Positions 22,310 through 34,461 of a stretch of DNA of 64,000 nt are shown one piece after another; the first letter of the stretch is position 1, and each line of letters opens with the position of its first letter. The translations under genes and the position numbers were made by a program. Below the pieces are notes generated by a model that saw only the letters and a list, made by a program, of their open reading frames with translations, did no database searches and had not been told where the DNA came from. Where the stretch lies: positions 480,001-544,000 of the forward strand of contig CAWKHF010000006.1 of the NCBI GenBank assembly GCA_963849325.1, read 5' to 3'. Source of the stretch: an uncultured Planctomycetota bacterium (GTDB taxonomy: Bacteria; Planctomycetota; Planctomycetia; Gemmatales; Gemmataceae).

Positions 22310-22902
22310 TCAGGGCAGCTCCACCTCGGCCGGGGCCAGCACGAAGGGATCCTGGCCTTCGGGCGGGGTGGGGAGCGTGTAATTCTTGACGCGCCAGCCG
22401 TGGTGCTGCAAGGTGCCGCGGAAGGGCGGTTGGCCGGTCACGTTGCCGGTCAGACGGATGGCCGACGGATCGAAGCTCGGCGGCACTTCGACCGTTTCGC
22501 CCTCGTTATGCGGCAGCACCGGCTCCAGAACGAGATGGTCCTTGACGACCGCCTGCGCCTTGCGATGCAGTTCGCGCACACCGGCGCCGAGCTGCTCGTC
22601 GGCCGCGCCTTGAATGTCCTCCAGCAGAAAATCGAGCAAGCGCCTTCGCGCTGCAACAGGGCCAGGAGACGCAGCGGCTCGGGGGACAGCCGAGCCGGCT
22701 TCTTCGTCTCCTCGGCGGGGGGCGGTTCGAGCAACGGTCGCACGCGCTCCGCCAAGGCGGGGTCACCCATGACGCGGAAGAACGCCCGGCAGGCCAGGCC
22801 AAGACGGGTGAGGCTGCCCTTGCCGGCGATCAGCAGCACCAGCAGCTTCAGCACGACGACCGCGGCCAGGGTCAGCAGCACGATCTGATACGGTTCCATC
22901 AT
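22310..22902 (-). CDS. DUF2760 domain protein (frameshift ~22640)
   Basis: LLALLQREG, DFLLEDI, IRLTGNVTGQPPFRGTLQHHGW, APAEVEL. Confidence 0.85.
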
Positions 22903-23159
22903 GAGCGCTCTCGTCTTCCGCAAGGACCGGGGCACAACACGCGGTTCCTTCCGCCTCTTTTATATGAATGGCTCATAACGCCGTCGCCCATTCGGACATT
23001 CCGGCAAAAAAGGGAGAAAAAGGATTGAAGGGAGGACGGAATACCTCTTATCCTGGATATACTCGCCACGATTGCGCCCACGTAGCCGGACAGCTCGCCG
23101 GGATGATGCAGCTCTCCATGCCCCTTGGTGATTGGATGATGCGGACAGGAGTTCCTTCG

Positions 23160-26100
23160 ATGAAATGGCCCTTGCGGTTGTCTCTCGCCGTCGCGCTGCT
23201 GCTGGCACGAATGAGCGTCCCCCTTGCCGCAGCAGAAACGAAGGTCGATTACGACCGCGACATTCGCCCGGTTCTCTCGGACAATTGTTTCGCCTGCCAC
23301 GGACTCGACGCCAAGCAGCGCAAGGCGAAACTGCGCCTCGACACGCGCGAGGGTGCCCTCGCTGAGTTACGGAGCGGCGAACACGCCATCGTGGCCGGCA
23401 AGCCCGACGATAGCGTCCTCCTTGAGCGTGTCTCCGCCGATGATCCCGCCCAGCGCATGCCGCCGAAGAAGACCGGCAAGCATCTCACCTCTGCGCAGAT
23501 CGACTTGCTCCGCCGCTGGATCACGCAGGGACGCACCTATGCGGCCCACTGGGCGTTCGTCCCGCCGAGCCGGCCAACCCTGCCGCAAGGTGACGAACCC
23601 GGCCTGGCCGCGCAATCCCGTCGATTCCTTCATCCTCGCCCGCCTCGAAGCGGCCAGACTGCAACCGACGCCCGAGGCGAACCGGACGACCTTGATCCGC
23701 CGCGTGACGCTGGACTTGACCGGCTTGCCGCCAACGCCGGCCGAGGTCGATGCCTTCCTGGCCGACCCGTCGCCGAACGCTTACGAGAAGGTCGTGGATC
23801 GTCTGCTGCGGTCGCCGCGCTACGGCGAACACATGGCCCGCTTCTGGCTCGACGCCGCCCGCTACGGCGACACGCACGGCCTGCACCTGGACAACTACCG
23901 CGAAATGTGGCCCTACCGCGACTGGGTCATCCGCGCCTTCAACGACAACAAGCCGTATGACCGCTTCCTGACCGAGCAGCTGGCCGGCGACCTGCTGCCG
24001 AACGCGACGCTGGACCAGATCGTCGCCACCGGCTTCAACCGCTGCCACGTCACCACCAGCGAGGGCGGCTCCATCGAGGAGGAAGTCTACGTCCGCAACG
24101 TCGTCGATCGCGTGGAAACGACCGGCACGGTATTTATGGGTCTGACCGTCGGCTGCTGCCGCTGCCACGATCACAAGTTCGACCCGATCAAGCAGAAAGA
24201 GTTCTACCAGTTCTTCGCGTTCTTCAACAACCTCGACGGCACCCGCCCTGGACGGCAACGCCGCCCGGCCGGCGCCGGTCGTGCGCATCCCGACCGCCGA
24301 GCAAGCCGCGGAGCTGGAGCGCGTGCAGAAGCGCATCGACGCTCTGCGCAAGCGGATCGACGCCGAGGTGGCGAAGGTGAAGTACGACGACAGCGCCGAT
24401 GCGAAGGAGCCGGAACAGAGCCAGCGGGCGGAATTCGTGTGGATCGACGACGCCCTGCCGGCCGGCGCCAAGCCGTCCGGCGACGGCGGCGCCAACGGCC
24501 CGTGGAACTTCGTCGGCCGACCGGATCACCCCGTTTTCAGCGGCGAAAAGTCGTCGATGCGTACCGCCTCCGGTCTGAGTCAGCACTTCTTCGACGGGCG
24601 CCAGTCCGGGTCTGCGCGTCGGCGCCGGCGACACGCTGTTCGCTCACGTCTATCTCGACCCGGCCAACCCGCCGAAGGAGATCATGCTCCAATGGAACAC
24701 CGGCGATTGGAACCACCGTGCCTACTGGGGCGAGAACGCCATCCCGTGGGGCCGCGACGGCTCGGGCGAGCGCCGGCAGTTCGGGCCGCTGCCGAAGAAG
24801 GGCGAATGGGTGCGTCTGGAGGTCGAGACGACGAAGGTCGGCTTGAAGCCCGGCATGGTCATCAACGGCTGGGCTTTCACCCAGTTCGGCGGCACGGTGT
24901 ACTGGGACCGGGCCGGCATCGTCACGCGAACGCCGCAGGGTAAGCAGCCATTCCACACCCTCTCGGCGTGGCTCCGTGTTCAGCGTGCCACCGGCGGGCG
25001 CGGGCCTGCCACCGACCATCCAGGCCATCGTCAAGCTGCCGCGCGACAAGCGCAGCGAGCAACAAAGGAAGGAGCTGCGCGGCTTACTTCATCGAGAACG
25101 CCTACGCGGATACGCAGACGACGTTCGCCCCACTGCGGAGTCAGATGGCGGCACTGGACAAGGAACGCACGCGCATCGATAAGGAGACGCCGGCGACGCT
25201 GGTGTTCAAGGAGCAGGGCCACGCCGAAGCCGGCCTACGTCCTCAAGCGCGGCGAGTACGATCAGCGCGGCGAACAGGTGGGACGAGCGACGCCGAAGTT
25301 TCTGCCGCCGCTGCCGGACGAAGGCCAGCCGCGATCGCCTCGGCCTGGCGCGGTGGCTGTTGTCTGCCGAGCATCCCCTGACGGCCCGCGTCGAGGTCAA
25401 CCGTCTGTGGCAGCAGTGCTTCGGTACCGGCCTGGTCAAGACCACCGAGGATTTCGGCACCCAGGGCGAATCGCCCAGCCATCCCGAATTGCTCGACTGG
25501 CTGGCCGTGCAGTTCCGCGACGACGGTTGGGACGTCAAGAAGACGATGAAGCGCCTGGTGATGTCGGCGACGTACCGGCAATCGTCGCACGTCAGCGAAG
25601 GATCGGCTGGCGAAGGATCCGGACAATCGGCTGTTGTCGCGTGGGCCGCGCTACCGGCTCGACGCCGAGATGCTGCGCGATCAGGCGTTGTTCGTCAGCG
25701 GCCTCCTGGTCGAGAAGCTGGGCGGGCCGAGCGTCAAGCCGCCGCAGCCGAGCGGACTGTGGGAGGCGGTCGGCTACACCGGCAGCAACACGCGGCACGT
25801 TCGTGCCCGATCGGGGCCATGAGAAGGTGCATCGCCGCAGCATGTACACCTTCTGGAAGCGCACCGCTCCGCCGCCGGAGATGAACACCTTCGACGCTCC
25901 GTCGCGCGAAGTCGTGCATCGTGCGGCGCGAGCGGACCAACACGCCGCTGCAAGCGCTGTTGTTGATGAATGACCCGCAATTCGTCGAGGCCGCCCGCAC
26001 TCTCGGCGAGCGAGCCATGAAGGAAGGCGGTTCGACGCCGCAGGATCGCTTGACGTACCTGTTCCGGCTGACGACGGCCCGGCGACCCGACGCCAAGGAA

Positions 26101-26289
26101 CTGGCCGAATTGCTCGCCGCTTACAAGGACCATCTGGCGACGTATACGCGGGACGCGGCGAAGGCGAAGCAGCTCATCAATGTCGGCGAACTCAAGCCCG
26201 ACGCGAAGCTGAATCCGAGCGAACTGGCGGCGTGGACGATGATCGCCAATTTGCTACTGAACCTTGATGAGGTGATCAACAAGGGATAA
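23160..26289 (+). CDS. Planctomycete cytochrome c / DUF1549 / DUF1553 protein (multiple frameshifts)
   Basis: [63 protein letters not shown]. Confidence 0.92.
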
Positions 26290-26348
26290 GCGCAGCGGTG
26301 CTCTTGGAACATAAGAGAGATCGCTCATATGCGAGAGGAAGTTTGTCG

Positions 26349-26669
26349 ATGACGGAGTCGATTGACAGCGGCAACAAGGGGTTCGTCGAACACTGGCGGC
26401 GTGTCGGCCCCATTCTCGAAGCCATTCGCCGTGGCGAATCCTTACGAGAACGCATGAAAGGAGCTAACGATACGGAAACAATCACTATCTCCTTGTCCGA
26501 GCCGGTTCTGCGGAAACTCCAGGAACGGGCCAGAGAAGCGAATGTCGCGCCTGAGGAATTGGTGCGCGCCAGAGTGGAAGAATGGCTACAACGGCCGAAA
26601 GACGATTTCGGGCTTGCCGCAGAATATGTAATCGAGAAAAACGCCGTCCTCTATCGGCGACTGGCATGA
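26349..26669 (+). CDS. Small DNA-binding antitoxin-like protein (RHH-like), probably from a decayed TA module
   Basis: TITISLSEPVLRKLQERARE and the C-terminal KNAVLYRRLA resemble antitoxins found upstream of Doc toxins; lower GC. Confidence 0.55.
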   Translation: MTESIDSGNKGFVEHWRRVGPILEAIRRGESLRERMKGANDTETITISLSEPVLRKLQERAREANVAPEELVRARVEEWLQRPKDDFGLAAEYVIEKNAVLYRRLA

Positions 26670-26703
26670 TACGATATTGCCTACCGGCGGGAGGTGAAAA
26701 ACA

Positions 26704-26928
26704 ATGAGCTGGGGATGGATCAAGCGAATCGTACCGGGCTTTGTCTTGGCAGCGATCTTTTTCGCTATGCCGTTCACGAAACTTGGCGAGATCGAACCGT
26801 GGTATTTTTGGATGGGGAGCGGTGTTGTTGCTTTCCTGGTTGGAGTTCTACTGACCTGGATCATGCTTGAAGGGCAAAAACCGCATCCGCGACGGCGCAA
26901 TGAAGAACAATCTCTTCAAGAGGAATAA
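26704..26928 (+). CDS. Small two-TM membrane protein
   Basis: GGAGGT RBS; two hydrophobic helices. Confidence 0.65.
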   Translation: MSWGWIKRIVPGFVLAAIFFAMPFTKLGEIEPWYFWMGSGVVAFLVGVLLTWIMLEGQKPHPRRRNEEQSLQEE

Positions 26929-26985
26929 GTCTTCCTCCTCATCCGATCAACTGACTGTGCAGATTCGAGTAACGGAGCCATCCCC

Positions 26986-28437
26986 ATGCACCCGATGCAC
27001 GAACACATTCAGACCCTCACCCGCCGCCACTTCTTCGGCCGCGCCGCCCTCGGCCTGGGGACGGCGGCGCTGGCGACGCTGACGGCCGGACGCGCCGGCG
27101 CGACAACGGCTACCGGCGGCCTGCCCGACCTGCCGCACTTCGCGCCACGGGCCAAGCGTGCCATCTATTTGTTCATGAACGGCGGCCCCTCGCAGATGGA
27201 CATGTTCGATTACAAGCCGGCCATGGACAAGCTGTTCGACAAGGACTTGCCCGAATCGATCCGCCAGGGTCAGCGTCTGACGACCATGACCTCGGGCCAG
27301 ACACGCTTCCCCCTGGCGCCGTCGAAATATAAGTTCCAGCGGCACGGCCAATCCGGCGCCTGGGTCAGCGAGCTGATGCCGTGGACGGCCAAAATCGTCG
27401 ATAAATTGACCTTCATCAAGAGCGTCAATACCGAGGCCATCAACCACGATCCGGCCGTGACCTACATCTGCACCGGCCATCAACTGCCCGGTCGCGCCAG
27501 CCTCGGCGCCTGGCTCAGCTACGGCCTGGGCACCGAGAACCAGAACCTGCCGGCCTTCGTGGTGATGACCGCGACCTGGACCGGCCGCAAGGAGGCGCAG
27601 GCGATCTACAACCGTCTGTGGGGTTCGGGTTTTCTGCCCAGCAAACACCAGGGCGTCGCCCTGCGCTCCAGCGGCGATCCGGTGCTGTTCCTGTCCAACC
27701 CGGCCGGTGTCGATGCCGCGACGCGCCGCCGTATGCTCGACGCCCTGGCCCGGCTGAATCAGAAGCAGCTCGACGAGGTCGCCGACCCGGAGACGCAGGC
27801 CCGCATCGCCCAGTACGAGATGGCCTTTCGCATGCAGTCGTCGGTGCCGGAATTGATGGACGTGACGCACGAACCGAAGCACGTCCTCGATATGTACGGC
27901 CCGGACGTACACAAGCCCGGCACGTTCGCGGCGAGTTGTCTCCTGGCGCGGCGGCTGACCGAACGCGGCGTGCGCTTCGTGCAGATTTTCCATCGCGGCT
28001 GGGACCAGCACTTCAACATCGCCGGCGACCTGCCCAACCAGTGCCGCGACGTGGATCGGCCCTGCTACGCCTTGGTCCGCGACCTCGAACAGCGCGGCCT
28101 GCTCGACGAGACCCTGGTTGTCTGGGGCGGCGAGTTCGGTCGGACCATCTACTGCCAGGGCAAGCTGACGCGCGAAAACTACGGTCGCGATCACCATCCG
28201 CGCTGCTTCACCGTCTGGATGGCCGGCGGCGGCATCAAGGGCGGCATCACCTACGGACAGACCGACGACTTCAGCTACAACGTCGTCGAGAATCCCGTAC
28301 ACATCCACGCCATGAACGCGACCATTTTGCACTGCCTGGGCATCGACCATCGGCGGCTGACGTTCAAGTCGCAGGGTCTGGACATGCGACTGACCGGCGT
28401 CGAGGAGCACCAGTCGGTCAAGGCCATCCTGTCCTAG
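26986..28437 (+). CDS. DUF1501 domain protein (Tat-like leader)
   Basis: [41 protein letters not shown]. Confidence 0.95.
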   Translation: MHPMHEHIQTLTRRHFFGRAALGLGTAALATLTAGRAGATTATGGLPDLPHFAPRAKRAIYLFMNGGPSQMDMFDYKPAMDKLFDKDLPESIRQGQRLTTMTSGQTRFPLAPSKYKFQRHGQSGAWVSELMPWTAKIVDKLTFIKSVNTEAINHDPAVTYICTGHQLPGRASLGAWLSYGLGTENQNLPAFVVMTATWTGRKEAQAIYNRLWGSGFLPSKHQGVALRSSGDPVLFLSNPAGVDAATRRRMLDALARLNQKQLDEVADPETQARIAQYEMAFRMQSSVPELMDVTHEPKHVLDMYGPDVHKPGTFAASCLLARRLTERGVRFVQIFHRGWDQHFNIAGDLPNQCRDVDRPCYALVRDLEQRGLLDETLVVWGGEFGRTIYCQGKLTRENYGRDHHPRCFTVWMAGGGIKGGITYGQTDDFSYNVVENPVHIHAMNATILHCLGIDHRRLTFKSQGLDMRLTGVEEHQSVKAILS

Positions 28438-28572
28438 CCTTATTGGGGACGGTTGAGCTTTTCCCTTGCCTTGGGTATCCTGCGTGCATTACAAATAGGC
28501 TTAGCCAAGGGGCGGCATGCCCGCAGGCGTTTGGGTGCGCATCGCATCGGACTTTCTTCCGGGGACACTCGC

Positions 28573-28815
28573 ATGGCTCTGTTCGCGCCTCCGCCCCGCA
28601 CACCACGAATCGCCCTGGACGACAACGACGACCTCAAGCACCTGCGCCTGCGGCTGACGCAGATCATGGTGTCGATCCTCACCGTGCTGGTCACGGCCTG
28701 GCTCTGCACCTTCGGCGCCATCTCGGCCATCCTGGCCCTCATGGTGGCCAAGCACATTCTCGTGGCCATTCTCGTTATGGGACTGGGCGTGGACGCCCAG
28801 CGCGTGGAGACGTGA
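28573..28815 (+). CDS. Small membrane protein
   Basis: 80 aa with two hydrophobic segments and typical codon usage. Confidence 0.6.
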   Translation: MALFAPPPRTPRIALDDNDDLKHLRLRLTQIMVSILTVLVTAWLCTFGAISAILALMVAKHILVAILVMGLGVDAQRVET

Positions 28816-28837
28816 GCGGGACCGCTTGCGGCGTCAC

Positions 28838-30460
28838 TTACCCTCGCGGTTTCAGCAATTCGTGCAGTTTCGTCGCCACTTCCCCGAGAGGTAGTCGTTC
28901 CTGTTTGAGCGTGTCGCGGTCGCGGATGGTGACGGTCTGGTCTTGCAGCGTCTGGCCGTCGATGGTGAAGCAGTACGGCGTCCCCGCCTCGTCCTGGCGG
29001 CGATAGCGGCGGCCCACGGCGCCCTTGTCGTCGTAGAAGACGTTGAAGTCGCGTCTTCAGCTCGCGGTAGAGCCGCTGGGCGACCTCCGGCATCCCGTCC
29101 TTCTTGACCAGCGGAAAGATGGCCGCCTTGATACGGCGCCAGCCGCGGATGCAGCTTGAGCACGACGCGCTCGGTCAGCTTGCCGTTCTCGTCGGGCACC
29201 TTGTCCTCGCAGTACGCCTCGCACAGAAACGCCAGCGTGGCGCGGTCGGCCCCCGCCGACGGCTCGATCACGTGCGGGACGTAGCGCTCGCGCGTCTGAT
29301 CGTCGAAGTACGTCAGGTCCTTGCCGCTGCCCTTGTACCGCGGCTTGCCGTCCGGTCCCATTTCGACCACCAGCTCGTTGTCCTTGCGTACCAGCTTGCC
29401 TTCCATGTGGCTGCGCAGGTCGAAGTCGCCGCGATGGGCGACCCCTTCCAGCTCGCCGAACTCGCCCGGCGGCAGGAAGGGGAAGGCGTACTCGATGTCG
29501 GCGGTCCCGCAGGAGTAGTGGCTCAGCTCCTCCGCACTGTGATCGCGCAGCCGCAGGCGCTCGCCCGCCAAGCCCAGGCCGAGATACCAGGCATAGCGGC
29601 GGTCGCGCCAGTAGCGATACCATTCCGGCGACTGCTTCGGATGAGCAGAAAAACTCGATCTCCATCTGCTCGAACTCGCGCGAGCGGAAGGTGAAGTTGC
29701 GCGGCGTGATCTCGTTGCGGAAGCTCTTGCCCATCTGGGCGATGCCGAAGGGGATGCGCACCCGCGAGCTATCGACCACGTTCTTGAAGTTGACGAAGAT
29801 GCCCTGCGCCGTCTCCGGCCGCAGGAAAGCCGCGTCCTCCTCGCCGCCCAGTGCCCCGACGGTCGTTTTGAACATCAGGTTGAACTCGCGCGGCGGCGTC
29901 AGCGTGCCCAGTTCCTTGGCGTCCGGCCCGAGCACCGGGACTGAAATCCTTCACCGTCGTCAGCGACACGAGCGGCCCATCCCAGTGCAGCTCCTCGGCG
30001 TTCTTGGTTCGCAGGTTGAAGAACTTGAGCGCCCGCTGTTCCGCCTCCTTCTCGCCCTCCTCGCCGCCAGACTGCACGGCCACGAAGATGCGTCTCCCCT
30101 TGGCCTCGACCCAGCGGCCCCGACACCTGATCGTGCCGGTAGCGCTTCTTCGACTCGCGGCAATCGACCATGAAATCGTGGAACAGGTCGTAATGCCCCG
30201 AGCACTTCCAGACCTGCGGGTGCATGATGATGGTGCAATCGAGTCCGACCATCTCATAGGGCGCAGGGCGCGCCGGGCGGCGTGGCCAGGTCGTCGTGGC
30301 CGGTGACCATGTCGCGCCACCACGCTTCCTTGACGTTGCGCTTCAGTTCGACCCCGAGCGGACCATAGTCCCAGAAGCCGTTCAACCCGCCGTAGATCTC
30401 GCTCGATTGAAAGAGGAAGCCACGTCGTTTGCACAGGGCGACAAGTTTGTCCATTTCCAT
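28838..30460 (-). CDS. glyQS: Glycine--tRNA ligase, alpha2 type (multiple frameshifts)
   Basis: [56 protein letters not shown]; anticodon domain ends LKPRG*. Confidence 0.95.
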
Positions 30461-30499
30461 AATTTCAGGTCCGTATTATCTCCGGGGTATCGTACCGGT

Positions 30500-31270
30500 T
30501 TACTTGAGCCAGTGACTTTTGACAATGCCGACGGCGCCGATCTCGACGCGGAGCGGTTCGCGGCGGAGTTCCGGCACCACGGCGAACTGATCGACGCCGC
30601 GCCGCCGCCCGAATGTCGTCATCATATCCCAGGCGAGCGCAGGTGGGCGCCGCCGGCGCTGACTTCCAGCGCCCCGTCGAGGACGCGGCCGTGGTGCTCG
30701 AAGCAGTCCCAGGCCAGGCGGGCGGCGTCGTTGAGCGCGACCGGCCCGTGCTCGCACAGATACTCGACCAGCGCTCCGGCCAGCAGGGCGTCCTCCAGGG
30801 CGACGTCGCCGTGGCAGCCGGCGCAGACGATGTCGATCGGACGCGCCTCCTGCGTCAATTGTTCGCAGACGGCGCTGTAATTGACGAAGCCGGCGACCAG
30901 CACCCGCGCCGCCGCGGCGGCGCGGAGCAGAGCGCGCGTGCCGTTGGTCGTGGTCAGCACCAGCGTCGTGCCCTTGCAGCGCGCGCAGGTGTATTCGCCG
31001 GGCGAGTTGCCCAGGTCGAAGCCGGCCAGCGGCATCGCCGTCGCGCTCGCCGCCCAGCAGGACGCGGCCGGCGCGCATCTGGTCGGCGATGCGCCGCGCT
31101 TCCTCGACTTCTTCGACCGGCCACACGGCGCCGCAGCCCGCGGCCAGGGCGTGAACGATCGTCGTCGTGGCCCGCAACACGTCGATGACCACGGCAACAC
31201 TCTCGCCGAGCCGTTCCGGCACCAGTCGATCCGGCGTCAGGTGAACGCGGACAACCCGCTCCTCGGCCAT
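30500..31270 (-). CDS. comB: 2-phosphosulfolactate phosphatase family protein (frameshifted)
   Basis: VVIDVLRATTT, GGER, FDLGNSP, TTTNGT, ALED. Confidence 0.9.
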   Translation of the reverse strand: MAEERVVRVHLTPDRLVPERLGESVAVVIDVLRATTTIVHALAAGCGAVWPVEEVEEARRIADQMRAGRVLLGGERDGDAAGRLRPGQLARRIHLRALQGHDAGADHDQRHARSAPRRRGGAGAGRRLRQLQRRLRTIDAGGASDRHRLRRLPRRRRPGGRPAGRSAGRVSVRARAGRAQRRRPPGLGLLRAPRPRPRRGAGSQRRRRPPALAWDMMTTFGRRRGVDQFAVVPELRREPLRVEIGAVGIVKSHWLK

Positions 31271-31379
31271 GCCATCCCCTCCCCCGTTCGTGCAACCGCT
31301 GTGCAATCATAGCGAGGGCGGGCACGAGGGGATAGGTGCAGGACTCCTCTCCAGCGGAAGAAAGCTCCCTGTCCGGATC

Positions 31380-31424
31380 GCGGACATTTCTCCTGTCGTC
31401 CAAATGCGGACATTTCTATTGTCG
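31380..31424. promoter_or_regulatory. Tandem pair of dyad sites GACA-N7-TGTC (candidate operators)
   Basis: 19-bp direct repeat, 17/19 identical, 26 bp apart, between divergent comB and ptsI. Confidence 0.45.
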
Positions 31425-31575
31425 CCGGACAGCCGGCGGTCTGCCTGCTTGATGGCGCCCGCTTTCTGTGTTACAACACAGTCGGAGTAGGTAGGGCGAC
31501 AGCATGGATGCACTCTCCTCCTGACCGTTTTCGTCTCCTACAGGATCGCTCACCGGAAGCTCGCAGTACACGATC

Positions 31576-33325
31576 ATGAAACGAGGCCTGCCCATATCGC
31601 CGGGGGTGGCTGTGGCCCGCGTCTTCTGCCTGGACCAGGGGCTGGCCCAGCAGGAAACGTTCCATCTCGACGCCGCCGCCCTGTCCGGCGAGGTCAGCCG
31701 TTTCGACCGTGCCTGCGCCGCCGTGGCCCGCGACCTGGACGCCAGCATCGAGCGCATCAGCCATCAGGTCGGCGAAGACGAAGCCGCCATCTTCCGCGCC
31801 CACCGTCTGTTGCTGCGCGACCCGACCCTGAGCACCAAGGTCAAGACGGCCGTACACGAGCGTCACATCGACGCCGCCGCCGCCCTGCGCGAAGTCCTCG
31901 ACGAGTACAACAAGCTGTACAGCCAGATCGACGACTCGTACCTGCAAGAGCGCATGGCCGACCTGCGCGACGTGATCGGCCGCATCCTCACGCAGCTGTC
32001 CCGCGAACAGCAGGCGCCGAACTTCAATCCCAACGAGCCGGTCATCCTGGTGGCCCAGGAGATCCTGCCGTCGCAGGCGCTGACGTTCGATCGCCACCTG
32101 GTCGCCGGCATCGTCACCGAGGCGGGCGGAGCGACCGGCCACGCCGCCATCCTGGCGCGGGCCCTGGGCATCCCGGCCGTGTCGGGGCTGCGCGGTCTGC
32201 TGCGCGAGGTACGGACGGGCGACCTGATCGCGGTGGATGGCCGGGAGGGCCACGTTTATCTGAATCCCGGCCCGGAAGTGGAAGCGGCCTACCGCAAGCT
32301 GCAGCGCGAGTACGCCGACTTCGCCGGCCGACTCATCGAGAACCGCGACCTGGAGCCGATCACCGCCGACGGCATCCGCCTGGAGCTGTTGGCCAACATC
32401 AACGGCCCGGCCGACGCGGCCACGGCCGGCTCCGCCGGCGCCACCGGCGTCGGTCTGTACCGCACCGAATACCTGTTCCTGACCCACCCCTCCGTGCCCG
32501 ACGAGGAGGAGCAGCTGGCCGCCTACCGCGCCGTCATCGAGTCGGCCCCCAACCAGCAGGTGACCATCCGCACCCTCGACCTGGGCGGCGACAAGCAGGT
32601 GCCCTACCTCGGTCATCGCAACGAGGCCAACCCGTTCATGGGCTTCCGCAGCATTCGCCTCAGCAGCGCCTACCCCGAGTTCTTTCAGACGCAGCTGCGG
32701 GCCATCCTGCGCCGGCCGACACGGCACGGTCAGCCTGCTCTTTCCCATGGTCAGCACCCTGGAGGAAGTGCAGCGCCTCAAGAAGATCGTGGACCGCACG
32801 CGCCTGGCCCTGCAGCGCGCCGGCACGCCCTTCGCCGAGGAGATGCCGCTGGGCATCATGCTCGAGGTGCCCGCCGCCGCCCTGTGCGTCGAGGCACTCC
32901 TGGAGGAAGTCGATTTCGTCAGCATCGGCTCCAACGACCTCATCCAGTACCTGATGGCCGCCGACCGCGACAACCCGCACGTCGCCCACCTGTGTGAGCC
33001 GTTCAGCCCGGCCCTGATGCGTCTGCTGTCCCACGTCATCCGCGCTTGCAACGACCAGGCCAAGCCGGTGACGCTGTGCGGCGAAATGGCCGGCTGGCCG
33101 CGCTGCTTCCTGCCGCTGTTCGGCATGGGTCTGCGCCGTCTGAGCATGAGTCCCGCCTTCGTGCCGTCGATCAAGGAGGTTGTGCGGCATACGACCCTGG
33201 ACATGGCCCGGGCCGTCACGCAGCGCGTCCTGGGCATGCACACCGTTGGCGAGATTCGCGGCTACCTGACGCGCAAGGTCCGCGAAGCCTGGCCGCACGT
33301 CTCCGTGCTCGACATGAGCCACTGA
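31576..33325 (+). CDS. ptsI: Phosphoenolpyruvate-protein phosphotransferase (PTS enzyme I), frameshift ~32715
   Basis: GATGHAAILAR phospho-His, GVGLYRTEYLF, RTLDLGGDK, EANPFMGFRSIR, SIGSNDL, CGEMAG. Confidence 0.93.
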
Positions 33326-33329
33326 CCCG

Positions 33330-33395
33330 CCCCCACCAGCCCGGAGCGCCAGCGACGGGTCCGACCCGTCGCTGGCGCTCCGGGCTGGTGGGGGC
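33330..33395. repeat. REP/REPIN-like palindrome, family E (CCACCAGCCCGGAGCGCCAGCGACGGGT)
   Basis: About 30-bp stem directly after the ptsI stop. Confidence 0.9.
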
Positions 33396-33504
33396 GACGC
33401 GGGGAAATCTCCGTCCTCGGCTTGCCATCCGCAAACGGCAACCTATCTTTGTTCAGCGACGATTCTTCAGCAGGAGCGGAACGGAGCGCGCCGGCCGGTC
33501 GTCC

Positions 33505-34461
33505 ATGCTCTCGACGGCGGCGCGATACCAGCGGAACATCAATATGCTTGAGGCGGGTTCGCAACCGATTCCAGGGTTTCGTCTGACGCGACCCCTGGGG
33601 GCAGGGGCCTTCGGCGAGGTCTGGGAAGCCCAGGACGCCGACGGCAAGCTCGTCGCCCTCAAGTTCATGGACTGCCGGGCCAAGTCGAACACGCTCATCG
33701 GCAGCGAGATCCGCGTCCTGCGCGGGCTGAGCGAACTGCGTCACCCCCATTTCATCCAGCTGTACGGCGTGTACGCCTCGTCGCACTACATCGTCCTGAG
33801 CATGGAGCGGGCCGACGGCAATCTGGAGGATTTGCGCCAGGTCTACGTCGAGGAGACGGGCAAGAACATTCCCTCGGACCACGCCCTGGAGATGCTGGAG
33901 CAGGTGGCGGCGGCCCTGGACTTTTTGGCCGAGTTGAAGCTGCCAGGGATCAACGAGTGCTCGCGCGGCTTGCAGCACTGCGACATCAAACCGAGCAACC
34001 TGTTGCTGGTCGGCGACCACGTGAAGATCGCCGACTTCGGCCTGTGCGCGGGCACGAGTTGGCAGACGCACCGTAACGGCTGGCGCGGCACACCGCCCTA
34101 CGCCGCCCCGGAGCTGTTCAAGGGCCAGGCCACGGTCGGCACCGATCAGTACGCCCTGTGCATCACCTTCCTGCACCTGTGTGCCGGCGACCGTCCCTTC
34201 TGGAAGAACGTGTTGGTGGATGGGCCGCCGATGGGCCTACCGATCGACCTGACCAAATTGCGCAAGCGCGAGCTGCCCATCATTCGGCGGGCGTTGCACC
34301 CGCTGCCGGATTCGCGCTGGCCTAGCTGCCAGGCCTTCCTTCAGGCGCTGCGCGACGCCACCCAGTCCGCTCGCCCGCCGCTCAACTTCCGCAAACGGGT
34401 CCGTCCGGGTTTGCAGCGTCCGGCCATCCCCTCTCCACCGCTGGGGCCGTTGCTCCGCTGA
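33505..34461 (+). CDS. Hanks-type Ser/Thr protein kinase, soluble
   Basis: LGAGAFGEVW, VALK, HCDIKPSN, DFG, GTPPYAAPE, DQYAL; start may be 33544. Confidence 0.93.
   Translation: MLSTAARYQRNINMLEAGSQPIPGFRLTRPLGAGAFGEVWEAQDADGKLVALKFMDCRAKSNTLIGSEIRVLRGLSELRHPHFIQLYGVYASSHYIVLSMERADGNLEDLRQVYVEETGKNIPSDHALEMLEQVAAALDFLAELKLPGINECSRGLQHCDIKPSNLLLVGDHVKIADFGLCAGTSWQTHRNGWRGTPPYAAPELFKGQATVGTDQYALCITFLHLCAGDRPFWKNVLVDGPPMGLPIDLTKLRKRELPIIRRALHPLPDSRWPSCQAFLQALRDATQSARPPLNFRKRVRPGLQRPAIPSPPLGPLLR

Noticed and set aside
30500-31270. comB as evidence of coenzyme M biosynthesis
   Set aside because: The family is widespread in bacteria and no comA/comC/comDE genes are nearby
34382-34461. 80-bp convergent overlap of the kinase and lutC as a regulatory feature
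   Set aside because: Both tails look non-conserved and could result from an indel or lost stop
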